The translations under genes were made by a program, and so were the position numbers. The notes beneath the pieces are model-generated. The model searched no databases. It was given only the letters and a program-made list of their open reading frames with translations, and had not been told where the DNA came from. Shown piece after piece: positions 40,297 to 52,341 of a stretch of DNA of 64,000 nucleotides. The first letter of the stretch is position 1. The number at the start of each line of letters is the position of its first letter. The stretch comes from Kudoa neothunni (lineage: Eukaryota > Animalia > Cnidaria). The stretch covers positions 7,417,635 through 7,481,634 of the forward strand of contig OZ199840.1 in assembly GCA_964304625.1 (NCBI GenBank). The letters run 5' to 3'.

Positions 40297-40750
40297 TTTT
40301 AATCCAACCCCCTCTTTTGAGATAACTTTAGCTGCAGATATTTCACACTTAAAAATGAGCCTATAATCTTGCAGTAACTCACACTGAGGAATAACGACAA
40401 CCTAAGACGGAACCAATGAAACGACCCCAAATAAGACCCAACTCGAAGTCTTTGGGCCGAGATCCGAGAACATCTCCGTACGTGGAATTTCTCATCTAGC
40501 GTTATGTAAACTACTCGTCACGTACAACTGCTTACACTTACATGTTATCTGAATTTTCTATGACACTAAGATTTGTCGAATTCCATCTAATTTTCTTGAA
40601 TTCCGCCAGTGGAACATACATTACACCGAAGAAACATTGATTCTCTAAATAATTTGAAAGCTAATAGAGACAAGAAATTTTCTAAGTTGTTTTAATAGAC
40701 ATGAAATGTAACTAGAAACAAATTTGTATTGTTAATTAGTTCATTAAGTA

Positions 40751-41606
40751 TCAAGTTGGTGGTTGATGAACGCACAAATATCTAGAAGTACAGTACGAGT
40801 GGGCGTTACATCCTTTTTCAGTATCTAACAGTTGCAACCTCCTTATTAAATGGCCACCTAAGGTTAAAAAGTATTTGCACTAAACAAATATTAGTTTGAG
40901 TCAAATTCTTATCACACCGTAAAAATATCCAACTGATTCGGAGCTATGTCACACATTTTTTGAAGGAAGTACGGATTCTTCAAAAGCAACGTAAGCCTCA
41001 TCCTTTCAGACATAAGTGCGTTTACAAATCTCTTAATTATTTATAATTACAAGAACATTAGCAATAGATCGGTACCTGACAGAATAAACAACTAGGACCG
41101 TTTCCCACATAGATAGCTTTACAAGATTTATCCAAAATAACATCAATAAAAATCATTTATACTTTTGTGGGGTTCGCATTCAGTTGTTTTTTCACAATTG
41201 CTTATCGCCCTTAATTTTTTATGGGAATTCTCCATTAAACTTTTGTAAAAGGAGTTCAAAACTGGGCACTAAATAAAAGTTAACGTACTCTTCAATCAAT
41301 TCAACTTACGGTATATGGTAATTTTTGGCATATACTCTTGGCAATCTTCAAGAAGTCATTAGGTACAGTGTGTGTGTAGTTCGATGAACGAATTGCGTTG
41401 GAGATTGTATCATGATACTAAAATTTGTCAAAATACAACGATAAAAATTTGCTGTTACCTTTTGTGTAGATAAATCGACCAGTTGTTTATTGCAACACAT
41501 TAAAATGATTGAAAACTTAATTTATCTATGATGAGACAAATTTCAAGTATCGGAATTAACTAACAAGCAGGATTGGAATACGACACTTAGACGAATAAGT
41601 CAGCAT
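40751..41606 (-). CDS. Saposin-like (SAPLIP) protein, array copy 5, 7 exons
   Basis: Exons 1-5 identical to copy 4, then RFVNALMSERMRLTLLLKNPYFLQKMCDIAPNQLDIFT/CKYFLTLGGHLIRRLQLLDTEKGCNAHSYCTSRYLCVHQPPT*. Confidence 0.88.
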
Positions 41607-41858
41607 AATTTGAATATTTCTTCCAAAACGATATATATACAGTCATAAATTGAATATAAGGATTATGAGATTCGAATGAACATTATGATAAATATGTGTG
41701 ATGAATTACCGAATAGATACTCTATATATATATATATATATATATATACCAGCGATTGGAACCCCTATCTAGTTTATTTATTCGGTCTATTCTTTTGCGA
41801 TTGTTACCATAACTACTATAATATTCATATTAGTAGATAATTTTGTTGATAGAAAATA
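40991..41858 (+). repeat. About 860-bp near-identical direct repeat, copy 2 (other copy 34550-35410)
   Basis: Direct sequence comparison. Confidence 0.93.
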
Positions 41859-42568
41859 TAATTTAAAATACAATATTCTACATAAATAGTAATTAAGTCA
41901 TTTGTAGTGTAGAGAACGACGAAATTAAAAATAAATGGATAGAATAACATTAAAATGGTTTCTTCATTTTGAGTTAATTTCAGCCAAAAATTATGATAAT
42001 ATAATAATTTTTTTACTACGCTCGTATTAATGTAGATAAATATGAAATTTCTCGACTATATGCAATTTCGAAAATAATGGTATTGTCATTATAGTAGATT
42101 CGAATCTTTAACTGTGATTAAGTTTTTAGCCATCTCGAATCGGATTTCCTAACTTGTAAATTAATCTTAACGCACTTATATAATATAAAAAACGTCTTCA
42201 AATTATAAACAAAATTGGAATAACTTATTTAATTAAAAAATAAATACCATAATGCTAACATCCTATTGTATAGATTTCATTACCAAAATGACCAATTCCT
42301 CTTTAAATCAGCTAGCAAAATCCTATAAGAACTGTTGACTTATTCAAGTTACATAAATTCAATTTAATCTGTTATTTTATTAAATTAGTCCAGTTAACAT
42401 ACATGAAGTTGTAATATTTTTATCATTTAAGACAAACAATTTTTTTTATAAATAAGGGTAGATAATTTAGATTTGCAGGAAACCGCAAGAAAAACTATGT
42501 TCAAAACATTCTAAATGATAAAGAGCAATGTGTGTTTAGTCGGGTTTGTTGATCTGTAAGGTAGAAGG

Positions 42569-43415
42569 TTAATGGGGACAAATAAACCTGTCCCTACAAT
42601 AACTACGAGAGTCATATCCTGTGTCATTATCCTTTAATTTTAAATTCTTAATCAGGTGGGTGCACGTATTTATCATATATTCGCACTAAATGTATATTAT
42701 ATGGTAATTTCTATTTTTTTATACATTATACCGTAAACTTCCCAAAAAAATTGGGAGGATCCTTACAAATAACTTGCTTTAGTTGAGGGTCATCAAAGAA
42801 CAACGTGAGTCGGTTTCTTTCCGACAAAAGTACGTCTAAGAATCTCTTTAACATATATTAGCGCATCAGAACGATAACAAAGACAAGCACTTGGCAAAAT
42901 GCACACTCAGGATCATTCCCTACGATGTTAGCTTTAAGACATTATTAAATGAATGGTATCACATCAATAGTTAGCTAATATACTTCCATGATATTGTTTG
43001 TTGCCATGGGGTTGTTCATTAGAGTTCATTTTTGTTTCCAAACCATTTGTAAAATTTGTGTAAAACGAAATCAAGATTGGGCACTAAATAACTTCAAATA
43101 TCCCATCAATCAAATCTACTTACCGTATGTGGTAAACGCTCACAAATTTTATTTGCAATCTTCAAATAATCTTTTGAAACTTGTTTAAGACTGTCTTGGG
43201 GATTGGCATTATTTGAAATTCTGTGAAGATGCTAAAGACCAACCATTAGTCAATTTGAGAAATTCACTTTTTACATTCAAGTTAAGTGAATTTATTGGCT
43301 GAATATTATAACCCAGAATAAATACACCTAGAATCTGAATTATATATGTTTAGCATGACTAAAATGAACTAATACGAATAACAGAGTGCAGATGAAAAAA
43401 GTTATAAATCTTCAT
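42569..43415 (-). CDS. Saposin-like (SAPLIP) protein, array copy 6, 7 exons (exon 1 donor uncertain)
   Basis: MKIYNFFHLHS/ILGVFILGYNIQPINSLNLN/HLHRISNNANPQDSLKQVSKDYLKIANKICERLPHT/CPILISFYTNFTNGLETKMNSNEQPHGNKQYHG/TNIVGNDPECAFCQ/RFLDVLLSERNRLTLFFDDPQLKQVICKDPPNFFGKFT/CEYMINTCTHLIKNLKLKDNDTGYDSRSYCRDRFICPH*. Confidence 0.86.
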
Positions 43416-43913
43416 TAGGTATGTGTTCATTCCTGAATATTTTTCAAAAAGACGATAAGAAATTTATATTATATTATATGCTGACGAAACTTATGGATAT
43501 TGCAAATGATATGATTTTGAATTCATTTTGGAATGATTAATAAACCGAATATTTAAAATAGATACTTTATCGTGTTGACCAATAATTTTTTTTAATTATT
43601 TTTAACGATTAATATTAAATTTATTTAAAGTCTCGATTACGTCTATGATAATTATATAGCTTAAATTGTTATATGCTCATTTCGATCAGACAAATTAAAT
43701 TGATATAATAAAAGTGTGCGATAATTGAAAACAGATAGTAAAATGTGATTACTATAAAATAATTGAGAAATGAGATGAATACTCTGTATACAGGTTAATT
43801 TGTATAATAATTAATTATAATTAAAAATAATTTATAAATTGACAAATCATAATAAAAATAATGCGCTCACGGGTGTCAAATTGTAATTATTGAACTAACA
43901 AATAGTAATTATA

Positions 43914-44363
43914 AGCCGTGGACAGATAGCACATTGGTGTGACGCTCGGACTCAGAACCTTGAGGTAATGGGTTAGAATCCGCCGGTGGTCAGACTACTG
44001 CTTCCGTGTCGGTGGGTCTCTATCCCATATTTAGGAGCTGTGGTTAACGTGTACGCTCGCTGTGGAGTGGGGTGAGCGTGAATAGGAGTTTGAATCTCCG
44101 GAACCCATCGAAAGACAAAGTAATTTGCAGTTCCCACAGAGCCAACGTCCTTAAAGGGATAGGGTTTGGGGTGTTGATCGCCCTGAGACGAGGATGTTTA
44201 GTGGGTTAAAGTCCCACACTATCGCATAAAGATAAGTGACGGAGTTTCATGTTACGTCCTGCGGTGCCTAAAGCGTTAATGGAAGAGGTCTGACCAACCA
44301 GAATTCCACAACCTAATAAGTTGCGCCAGGGGTTTTACCTTGTAAACAAAAAACAAACAAAAA
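43914..44363 (+). mobile_element. tRNA-derived SINE, copy 2
   Basis: Highly similar to 36398-36866 with a small internal deletion. (AAAC)-rich tail. No clear TSD. Confidence 0.9.
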
Positions 44364-44945
44364 TAAATGGATTTTTTTGATGTCTATTATCAGATAAAAA
44401 ATTATATATCTTAAACTCTTTAAACTTCCTGTAAAATTAATCTAATTAGGCATATTTTGATATAAAAAGTTTAAATGCAATATATAGAGTATTTAAAAAA
44501 AATTCATTGCCAAAGATATATCCTCTCACATCATTAAAATTTAATAATTTTTGTTTTCTTTATTATATGCCGACGAAAATTTAAAAATTAATCTTTACAA
44601 ATTACTATGTAGGTAGATTTAATTTTTACTCCGAATATTGGAATTTAATCATTCTTTTAAAAACACTATTAATTTTTAAATAATTGGTTAGTTATAGTTT
44701 TAAATAGTATTCAAAGTGTAATTATATTAATTCTATAGTATAATAAAATTATCTATTATGTATATATAAACAACTAAATTAATACTTCCTTTTGAAATAT
44801 TTGTATTCACAATATAATTAATGAAAAAATATAGAACATATGGTTCGATTGATGTTGTTGGACCAGGGGTCGGCGAGGATATAAACCACACTTAAAAATG
44901 GAAGTGAAAAGTGATGGAAGCATACTAACTTATTAAAATTGATGC

Positions 44946-45783
44946 TTAATGGGGACATTGAAATCTATTAGTGCAATGATCCATAACGTCCATTCCCTGT
45001 TCATTGCTACCTAATTTCAAATTTTTTATCACGATACCAAACAAAGTCATCACATATTTGCACTAAATGTATCAGGTGATGTGGCGTAAGAATCAAGAAT
45101 TTTACAGTCACACTTTCAAGTGGATTCCAAAGTTGACATATTCTTTGTTGAAATTGAGGATTTCCAAAAATATGATACAGCCGTGCCCGCTCATATTGAT
45201 ATGAATAATAAATCGCCTACATTTTTAATCTACTTGTATCTAAATTTAAACGAAAATACTCTGCAAATTGCACAGTAGGGTCCATTTCCCACAACTATAG
45301 CTAAATAAAATTCAAAAAGGTATATTTATTAAATATTCTTGAAAACTCTTACGATTCGTAAAATTAGTACAATTGTTTTTGTTTTCAATTTCTTGTAAAT
45401 TTTCTAGGAATATTTTTTGGAATGGATTGAAAATTCCACGCTAAAAATTTTAGCGTTCCTGTGAATTGAAGTATTGTTACTTTGTAGAGATCTTTTTTAC
45501 ATAATTGTGCAGAAAATTTTAACATATCCTCCTTTACGATTTTTATGTCGGTTTTAATCTTAACATTATTGATAGGTTTAATAATATTCTAAATAATTAT
45601 TTTAGGTCAATCGTTCCATTAAAAATGTTTATACCTTTGAGTGATTCGCTTCGATAGATTGAACATTTCTCAAAAATATAAATGTAATAATTCTCTTAAT
45701 TATCAAAATAAATGGTTTAAAGTATGCAAAGTATCCCTCACAATAACTAAAGTGCTTAAATCACAAGAAATTAATCCCCCCAT
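44946..45783 (-). CDS. Saposin-like (SAPLIP) protein, array copy 7, 7 exons
   Basis: MGGLISCDLSTLVI/RIITFIFLRNVQSIEANHSK/NIIKPINNVKIKTDIKIVKEDMLKFSAQLCKKDLYK/RGIFNPFQKIFLENLQEIENKNNCTNFTNRK/TIVVGNGPYCAICR/AIYYSYQYERARLYHIFGNPQFQQRICQLWNPLESVT/CKYVMTLFGIVIKNLKLGSNEQGMDVMDHCTNRFQCPH*. Confidence 0.88.
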
Positions 45784-46630
45784 TCAGTAGTATAAGCAAA
45801 TGGGAAATCAATACATATGCTCATTAATCAAATCATAAAAGCAATATATAAATAATATTTTATAGAATGCGTTTATCTCTGAAAAAAAGCATTGAATATT
45901 AAATGATATTTTTACATTTATTGATGCCTAGTTAAATAAATTACGATTATTATTTGTATTATAATTATCCTTATTTTTATATTAAAAATGGTATATTCTA
46001 CCTTCAATATCGATATTTTTGTGTTGGTAGTTGCATTGTAATGAATATGCAAACTTAAAATTTAAGATAAATTGAAAAAATATTTTAATTAATAAACATT
46101 GATAGACCTATGTAATCAAATATTTAATGGGGTACTCAACCTAAGTTTTATTTGCAATATATTTTACAATAAAGTTTATAATGATTTTTAATCAATTGAA
46201 AAAACTATTATAAATCGTTCATGGCACCTAAAAACTTTCATTTCTTCTTATGTAAAATATAAAGGTAGTTTAAATAATGTATAATAAACCTAAAAAATAT
46301 GAATTAAGTTACGTATATACTTCTTTTATTTTTAACGCAATCAATTTTTACAATTAACTATAAAAACCTTTGAAATTTTAATATTCAGATTTGTTCAAGC
46401 AAAATCAGTTTACACTTGAAAAAAATCTTAATCTCTATTCCATGCAAGCTATTGTCATTTTAACTATAAATAGTATTTTTTATTCAGGATTATGATAGCA
46501 ATTTTATTGTAACAACAATACAACAATTTAAGCATTAATAAAATATAAATATCTCAGTATTACGCAAAAAATAATTATCGTCTCGCTAAGTGACAAAAAA
46601 TATTTGAATATTGATACGAGTTAAAAACGA

Positions 46631-47503
46631 TCACACACTTCCATCATGTGTACAAAAAAATCTCGCGTTACAATAATTTCCTATGTTGTAGGAGGGATCC
46701 TCTTCTATTATTTTCAGAGAACGTAAAAAATTCGCACCTAGCTTGAATAAATAGTGACACTAAAATAGGTAGTTATATAATTATCTTTAATTATTTATTT
46801 TACTATAGATTTTTCAATAATTTGAGAGCTCTGTTGACAGAGTTTGTTTTGGAAGTCCAGATTGGATAACAGTAACCTAAGTCGTGTTTTTTCATATAAT
46901 AACGTTGCTAACAAGGTCTTAAGTGATTCATAGTAAATTAGACAGTAAAATCAATTTTTACCTTGCAAAAGTTGCATTTTGGTTCGTTTCCGACTAAAAT
47001 ATCTTCTTATGAATCTAAATAATTTTCATAATTCATTAACTATTACTTTTATATTTGCATTCAGTGAAATTATCGCAATTATTTAAATGAGCTAATTCAG
47101 TTCGTAATTCTCTCAGGTAATTTTTATTTATGGACTTAGCCAGTGAACACTGAATAAAATATAACACACTTCTTGATCAAACAGTCATACAACGAATGGT
47201 AGCTGTTCGCATACACTATTCGTAATTTGTTCCAAATCCTCTGATAACACATTTGTGTAATGATAGACACTTATTCCATTTGAAACCACCTTATAATTCT
47301 AAAATACATAAATTTTGTAATGATACATCACAAACAATTTTTACGTTCCAAGAATGTAGACCGGCCAACTGAAGATTACAAAACAGCATTAAAATTCTCA
47401 TACACTTTATTTAAAATTAGTTAGGATCAATACAAGAATTAAAACTAACAAATCTTTGAAAAGGCTTGCAAATTTCAAAACTTTCGTTCATGACTGTCTT
47501 CAT
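46631..47503 (-). CDS. Saposin-like (SAPLIP) protein, array copy 8, 7 exons (alternative ATG 47491)
   Basis: MKTVMNESFEICKPFQRF/CMRILMLFCNLQLAGLHSWN/NYKVVSNGISVYHYTNVLSEDLEQITNSVCEQLPFV/CSLAKSINKNYLRELRTELAHLNNCDNFTECKYK/KDILVGNEPKCNFCK/TLLATLLYEKTRLRLLLSNLDFQNKLCQQSSQIIEKSI/CHYLFKLGANFLRSLKIIEEDPSYNIGNYCNARFFCTHDGSV*. Confidence 0.88.
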
Positions 47504-48182
47504 AATTCAATGTAGCTATCGACTATTGTTTTACTTCATTCGGAGCTTATAAATTCAAAAAATATTGAAGGGTCGTTACAGTTTGACCATTATATTTATG
47601 AATGATTTGATTAGTCCATAATCTTTTGATTAATATGTTAGTCGCATCGTCCAAAGGTTCTTAATCAACTGTATAATACGAGGTTCTATAGATTAACCTA
47701 GAAATGTCTTCGTGTAATTTTTTTGAGTAAAGGAAGAAACCCGAATTTATAATTTAAAGTAATTAAAATAGACAAGTTATTTTCTTTATATATTTATTCA
47801 GTTGAATACATAATTCATACGAGCAGAAAACTTTAGTATATCCTAGATTTAATAATATTCAAACAAATATTTGATTTAGGTTAAGAAAAATATATTCTTT
47901 GTATTGATTATCAAAGTATGATAAAACAATTATTCGTCAAATGATTTCTTTTATTGGGAAATTTAATTTTATAGATATAATTTAGAATATTTATTATAAT
48001 TTTTAAGCACACGCAATGTCGTGATATAATTTAGATAGAGATCCTGGGGAAGATTTACAGATAATCAATATTTTTCGTGTCGATACCGTAAATGTTTCTC
48101 ATTAGTAACAGCATATACTTCATAAATTAGGATTTTTAAGTAATTTAAACGTATTTAACATTTATTCCCTGCAAGATTATTT

Positions 48183-48794
48183 TAGGGGTTCTCAACCATG
48201 GGTAAATTAAATAACATCCAAATTGGATAAGGGAAACTATTGCATTATGGGTTTGTGAGGTACTTCAGGATTTCCGAAGAATTATATTATTCAGGCTATT
48301 AAACTCATTGAGAAATACGCAGAAATGCTTAAAACGTTTTTAGAAATAAGTATTTAACCGTTATTTATAAAACTATTACCAGTCTCTATCCTTTGTGGCA
48401 CGTTCATCTTGTAGTGGTGTAGCCTAAATAATAATACTTAAAATGATTATTCTCACGGTAAACAATTTTCAAGTGCCATTAGTTTTTATTACTTTTAATT
48501 ATTTCTGGCCCTAAAAGTGGAGTAATGTGAAAGAGATAATTCAATTTAGCAAAATCTAAAAAATTAAATCTATATACAGCTTATGAGTATGAGCTGATGG
48601 GCTTAAAAATTGTCATTGCACAAGCGTACATGCCTTTTAGGATTATAATTTAGCCTGCAAATAGCCTCTGCTATAGCTAAAACGGCATAAAACCTTAAGG
48701 TAAATATGAATTTAGCTTCAAAGTTAAGGAGGTAAATTTAGATTTTTCACCAGTCGAGGGGGTAAATTTGAAAAAAGAGAGTTAAGAACCCCTG
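48183..48794. mobile_element. hAT-type MITE family A, copy 2
   Basis: Termini taggggttctcaac / gttaagaacccctg. Shares aattcaatttagcaaaatctaaaaaattaaatct with the copy at 51732. Confidence 0.8.
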
Positions 48795-49057
48795 CTCTAT
48801 TCAATTGAAAACAAATAATTTTTTATTGGAAAATCAGCGGGCAAACAAACTAATTTAAACCTATTATATTTTGTAAGAAATTCAAAATAAATGATTTTTA
48901 AATGATAACAATTTATACAAAATAGGTAGATAGATACATTGATATATAAGATGAAATAGAAGCATATAAGTTACAGAATAAATTTGATCTAAATAGAAAG
49001 CCATAGTTTCTCCAGCCATTTCTTCCATCAGAAATTGATGGGTGATATTAATTTATT

Positions 49058-50543
49058 CTACACATCACTTTCTCTCTTTGGAATGGGATCAACTTTGGCT
49101 TGTGGACCTTCATCGCCGACTGCATCTACGATTTTTGCTCTTCGCCAGCAAGGTTCTAATTTGTTTAGGTAACTCTCGGGTATAAGAAGCAGCGAAAAGC
49201 TGCCAACAATTAGAATGGAACCGAGTGCTTTGAGACCGCTAGCGGGTTGTCTTTTGAAAATCGTATCCACAATAGCGTTTAATGGAATAGATAAAATCCC
49301 ACCAACAGAAGCAACAAGCGAACTAATGAAAGCGATTCCAAAAGTAATGAAAAAGTTCATAATAACGGAGCACGAGCCACGTATAGATAATTCTCTCCAT
49401 GGGATATATTTGGGCAATGGTATCAACTCAAAGTTGGTGTAATGAAAAATAAAAATCAACGGCCAATAATACAACGCAGTGTTTATTCCAATCATTGTTA
49501 GAGTGAACGATACTTGAGCCATCGTCCCATTTTTTATGATAACCTTATAGATAACCTAATGCACACATTAAATAAAAATATTTTTTAAGTCGTTATTGTA
49601 TAATAATCCAATGGAAACCAATCTAACACTAAAGTGACATACTTTGTATAGTGCTGACAGCAACGAAGTAGCTAGGGCAAATAAAATCCCTATGGTTTTA
49701 TCAAATTTGAAATTCTCCGAATAACAAAACAGCATAACACCGGTTACGGCAACAATCACGGAGAAAAACTAGAACGTCACCAATCAGCAGGACATAAATA
49801 TTTTCGAAAAACCTTGATGAAATAAAACTTTTCTTTCAAAATTATTAGAGAAAGTATGAACACAAAAATATTCGACATAGAAAACAGCGTGGATACGTCT
49901 GTGGGACTCAGGAAGCGCAGAGATTTCACGTAGGTGTATATGGCAGATATCCACAGAGCAGTAAAAACCAGCATAATCCACCATACTCTAAAGTAAGTAC
50001 GCCGTCGACATTCTCCCTCTCTTCTGTAAGGTTCAATGCTGTGGCTATAATATATTGATTAATTAGGAGAAAGTTTTAACCAGAAATTTGATTATTTTTA
50101 ATTTATATCGTGATAAACGCACATTGATTAATACTCAATAATCAACATATAAAAATTAGAATAAAAGCCATTGGTTTTTTACAATAAACAGACACAACAA
50201 TAAAAGTAAAAGAATAGAATCCGAATTTGGATATTATTAGGTGTATCGGACAAGAAACTTACTTCAGTAATTTAATAGTTCCTTTGGGTTTCAACCCAAC
50301 AACCACATGCATTATCATGTACGCAGGAAACATTATCACGTTAAATATCGTTGTGGTGTAGGCTACAAAATAGGTGGCATTGAAACGATCAGAATAAACA
50401 CTCTTGGCAGCTTGGGTACTTATCATTGAGCTTAAGCCTATCCCCAACACAACTAGAACGTTGTATATTATTTTTTTGGTGGTGCTTATAGGAGCTTTTT
50501 TGGAAATTTCCGACATTTTTGCATGCTGAGTTGGTTGGCACAT
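49058..50543 (-). CDS. SLC35F3: SLC35F3/F4-like transporter, paralog 2, 4 exons
   Basis: Exon ORFs 50259..50570, 49777..49974, 49568..49759 and 49058..49522. Motifs YTYVKSLRFLSPTDVSTLFSMSNIFVFILS and NFFITFGIAFISSLVASVGGILSIPLNAIVD. Same intron positions as paralog 1. Confidence 0.9.
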
Positions 50544-51024
50544 TATTTTATCTATGACCTCAAATCTCAATGCAGTACCAATGTATTAATCGTCCCCTGC
50601 ACAAAATAGATGCGTCAAAAGAGGCTAAACAGTTAACGAAACAGTTCTTACAACAAGGATTAGTACATTCGTCTTATTTTGTACTAACATAACTACAGAT
50701 TCATTACTTTAAACCTATTTATCCATCTCACACGCAATATCGATTTTGCCAATCTTTGTGCTAATAGAGTCGATTTTTAATTTTTTTCTTGTTAGATCAG
50801 TCTACAAGCTACGCAGTATCAATAAATGTAGTTATCGTAGAGATCAAGACTTCGAAAATTGTATAATAATTATGATCTTATATAATCACAGCATTATGCT
50901 ACGTTCAAGGAAACGTTTATTTAAAAATAATCAGATTAAGAAAATATTGGTAAACGAATTTTCTGTTATGTAACGATCATTTACGTTACTTAACAATTAG
51001 AAATCCTCAAGATATGTGAAAGCG

Positions 51025-51542
51025 GGTTAAAATTCATTTTAGGCCCATACCTTTCGGACACCTTCGGCCGAATGTAATTCATTAGTGAATCACAGTTACA
51101 CAATTTACAATGAGGCATATTTTCAAATAAATTATGATTTTACGAATCCACACCTCATTATTTAATCTCATACTCTTCAATATTCTTAAGGTGAGTCAAT
51201 ATTTGAATGTTTGATGAATGAAACAAAGAATTAAATACTTAACGATTATTGTCGATCTGAGATTATGCAAAATGTTCGATGTAATTTTGTATGTTTAATT
51301 CCTGTGCACGCAATTCTGTTTATTTATCATAAACAAATGTAAAAAATAAATGAGATAAATATTCTCAGCGTTACATTTTTACGTCACACGTACTTTACTA
51401 TTACCAGATATAAAAATCATAAAGGATATTCTATTTCATCTCGCGTTATGCCTCCAGGAAAGTTGGAATCACGGCACAAATACAACAAATGATAGACACC
51501 GAAGGTGGCAGGAAGGTATTGGGCTAAAGGGGAAGTTTAACC
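51025..51542. mobile_element. Merlin-type MITE
   Basis: About 43-bp imperfect TIRs beginning ggttaaa and ending caccttcgg. 9-bp TSD gtgaaagcg / gtgagagcg. Confidence 0.75.
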
Positions 51543-51731
51543 GTGAGAGCGACATTGAAATTTTATTTAATGAGTCTTGATATTATTCCAAGCCTTGGAT
51601 GGTATAATTAATTAAATTTTATATGCAGGTGAAGCGATTTAACACCGAAGTATCAGTTTATATGGTAAAGTTATCTTAACTATTATATAATTGAATGACG
51701 TGATACTAAAATATTTACAGAGCCTTTAACT

Positions 51732-52341
51732 CAGGGGTTCTCAACCGGGGGTAAATTTACCTCTGGTTGGAATTTAAATGACAGGAGTTAAATAAAGTGT
51801 CATCCAAATTTCATAGGGTAAATTGTAGCATAAAGGAGTTTGTCACGTACATAAGGATTTCTAAGGAATCATATAATTCAGGGTTATTTAAGTGAACAAA
51901 AAGTTTGTAGTAATGCTTTTAAGAATAGATATTTAACAACTATTCGTAGAATTATACTGAGTCTCTTTCTTATATGTTGCGTTTATTTTTCAGGGATGTA
52001 GCCTAATAATAATTAAAGTGTCTATTTGCATGCTGAATAATATTGAGGTGTCACTAGTTTTGACTATTTTAGTTACGTCTAGCCGCCCATCAGAGGGAAG
52101 GATTCGGAAAGGAATAATTCAATTTAGCAAAATCTAAAAAATTAAATCTGTAGACAACTTGTGAGTAAGAGTTGATGGGTTTAAAAATTGTCATTGTGCA
52201 AGCGTACATGCTTTTTAGGATCAGAATATATCCCTCAAATAGTCTCCGCCATAGCTAACCTAGTATAAAACCTTAAAGTAAACATGAATTCGGATTCATA
52301 ATTAAGGGGATAAATTTGAAAAAAACGGTTGGGAACCCATA
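51732..52341. mobile_element. hAT-type MITE family A, copy 3
   Basis: Termini caggggttctcaacc / ggttgggaaccc. Homologous to 48183-48794. Confidence 0.8.

Noticed and set aside
20900-47200. Recurring gcactaaa motifs as a CRISPR-like array or regulatory repeat
   Set aside because: They are conserved splice acceptors plus Cys codons of the paralogous SAPLIP genes; spacing follows exon structure.
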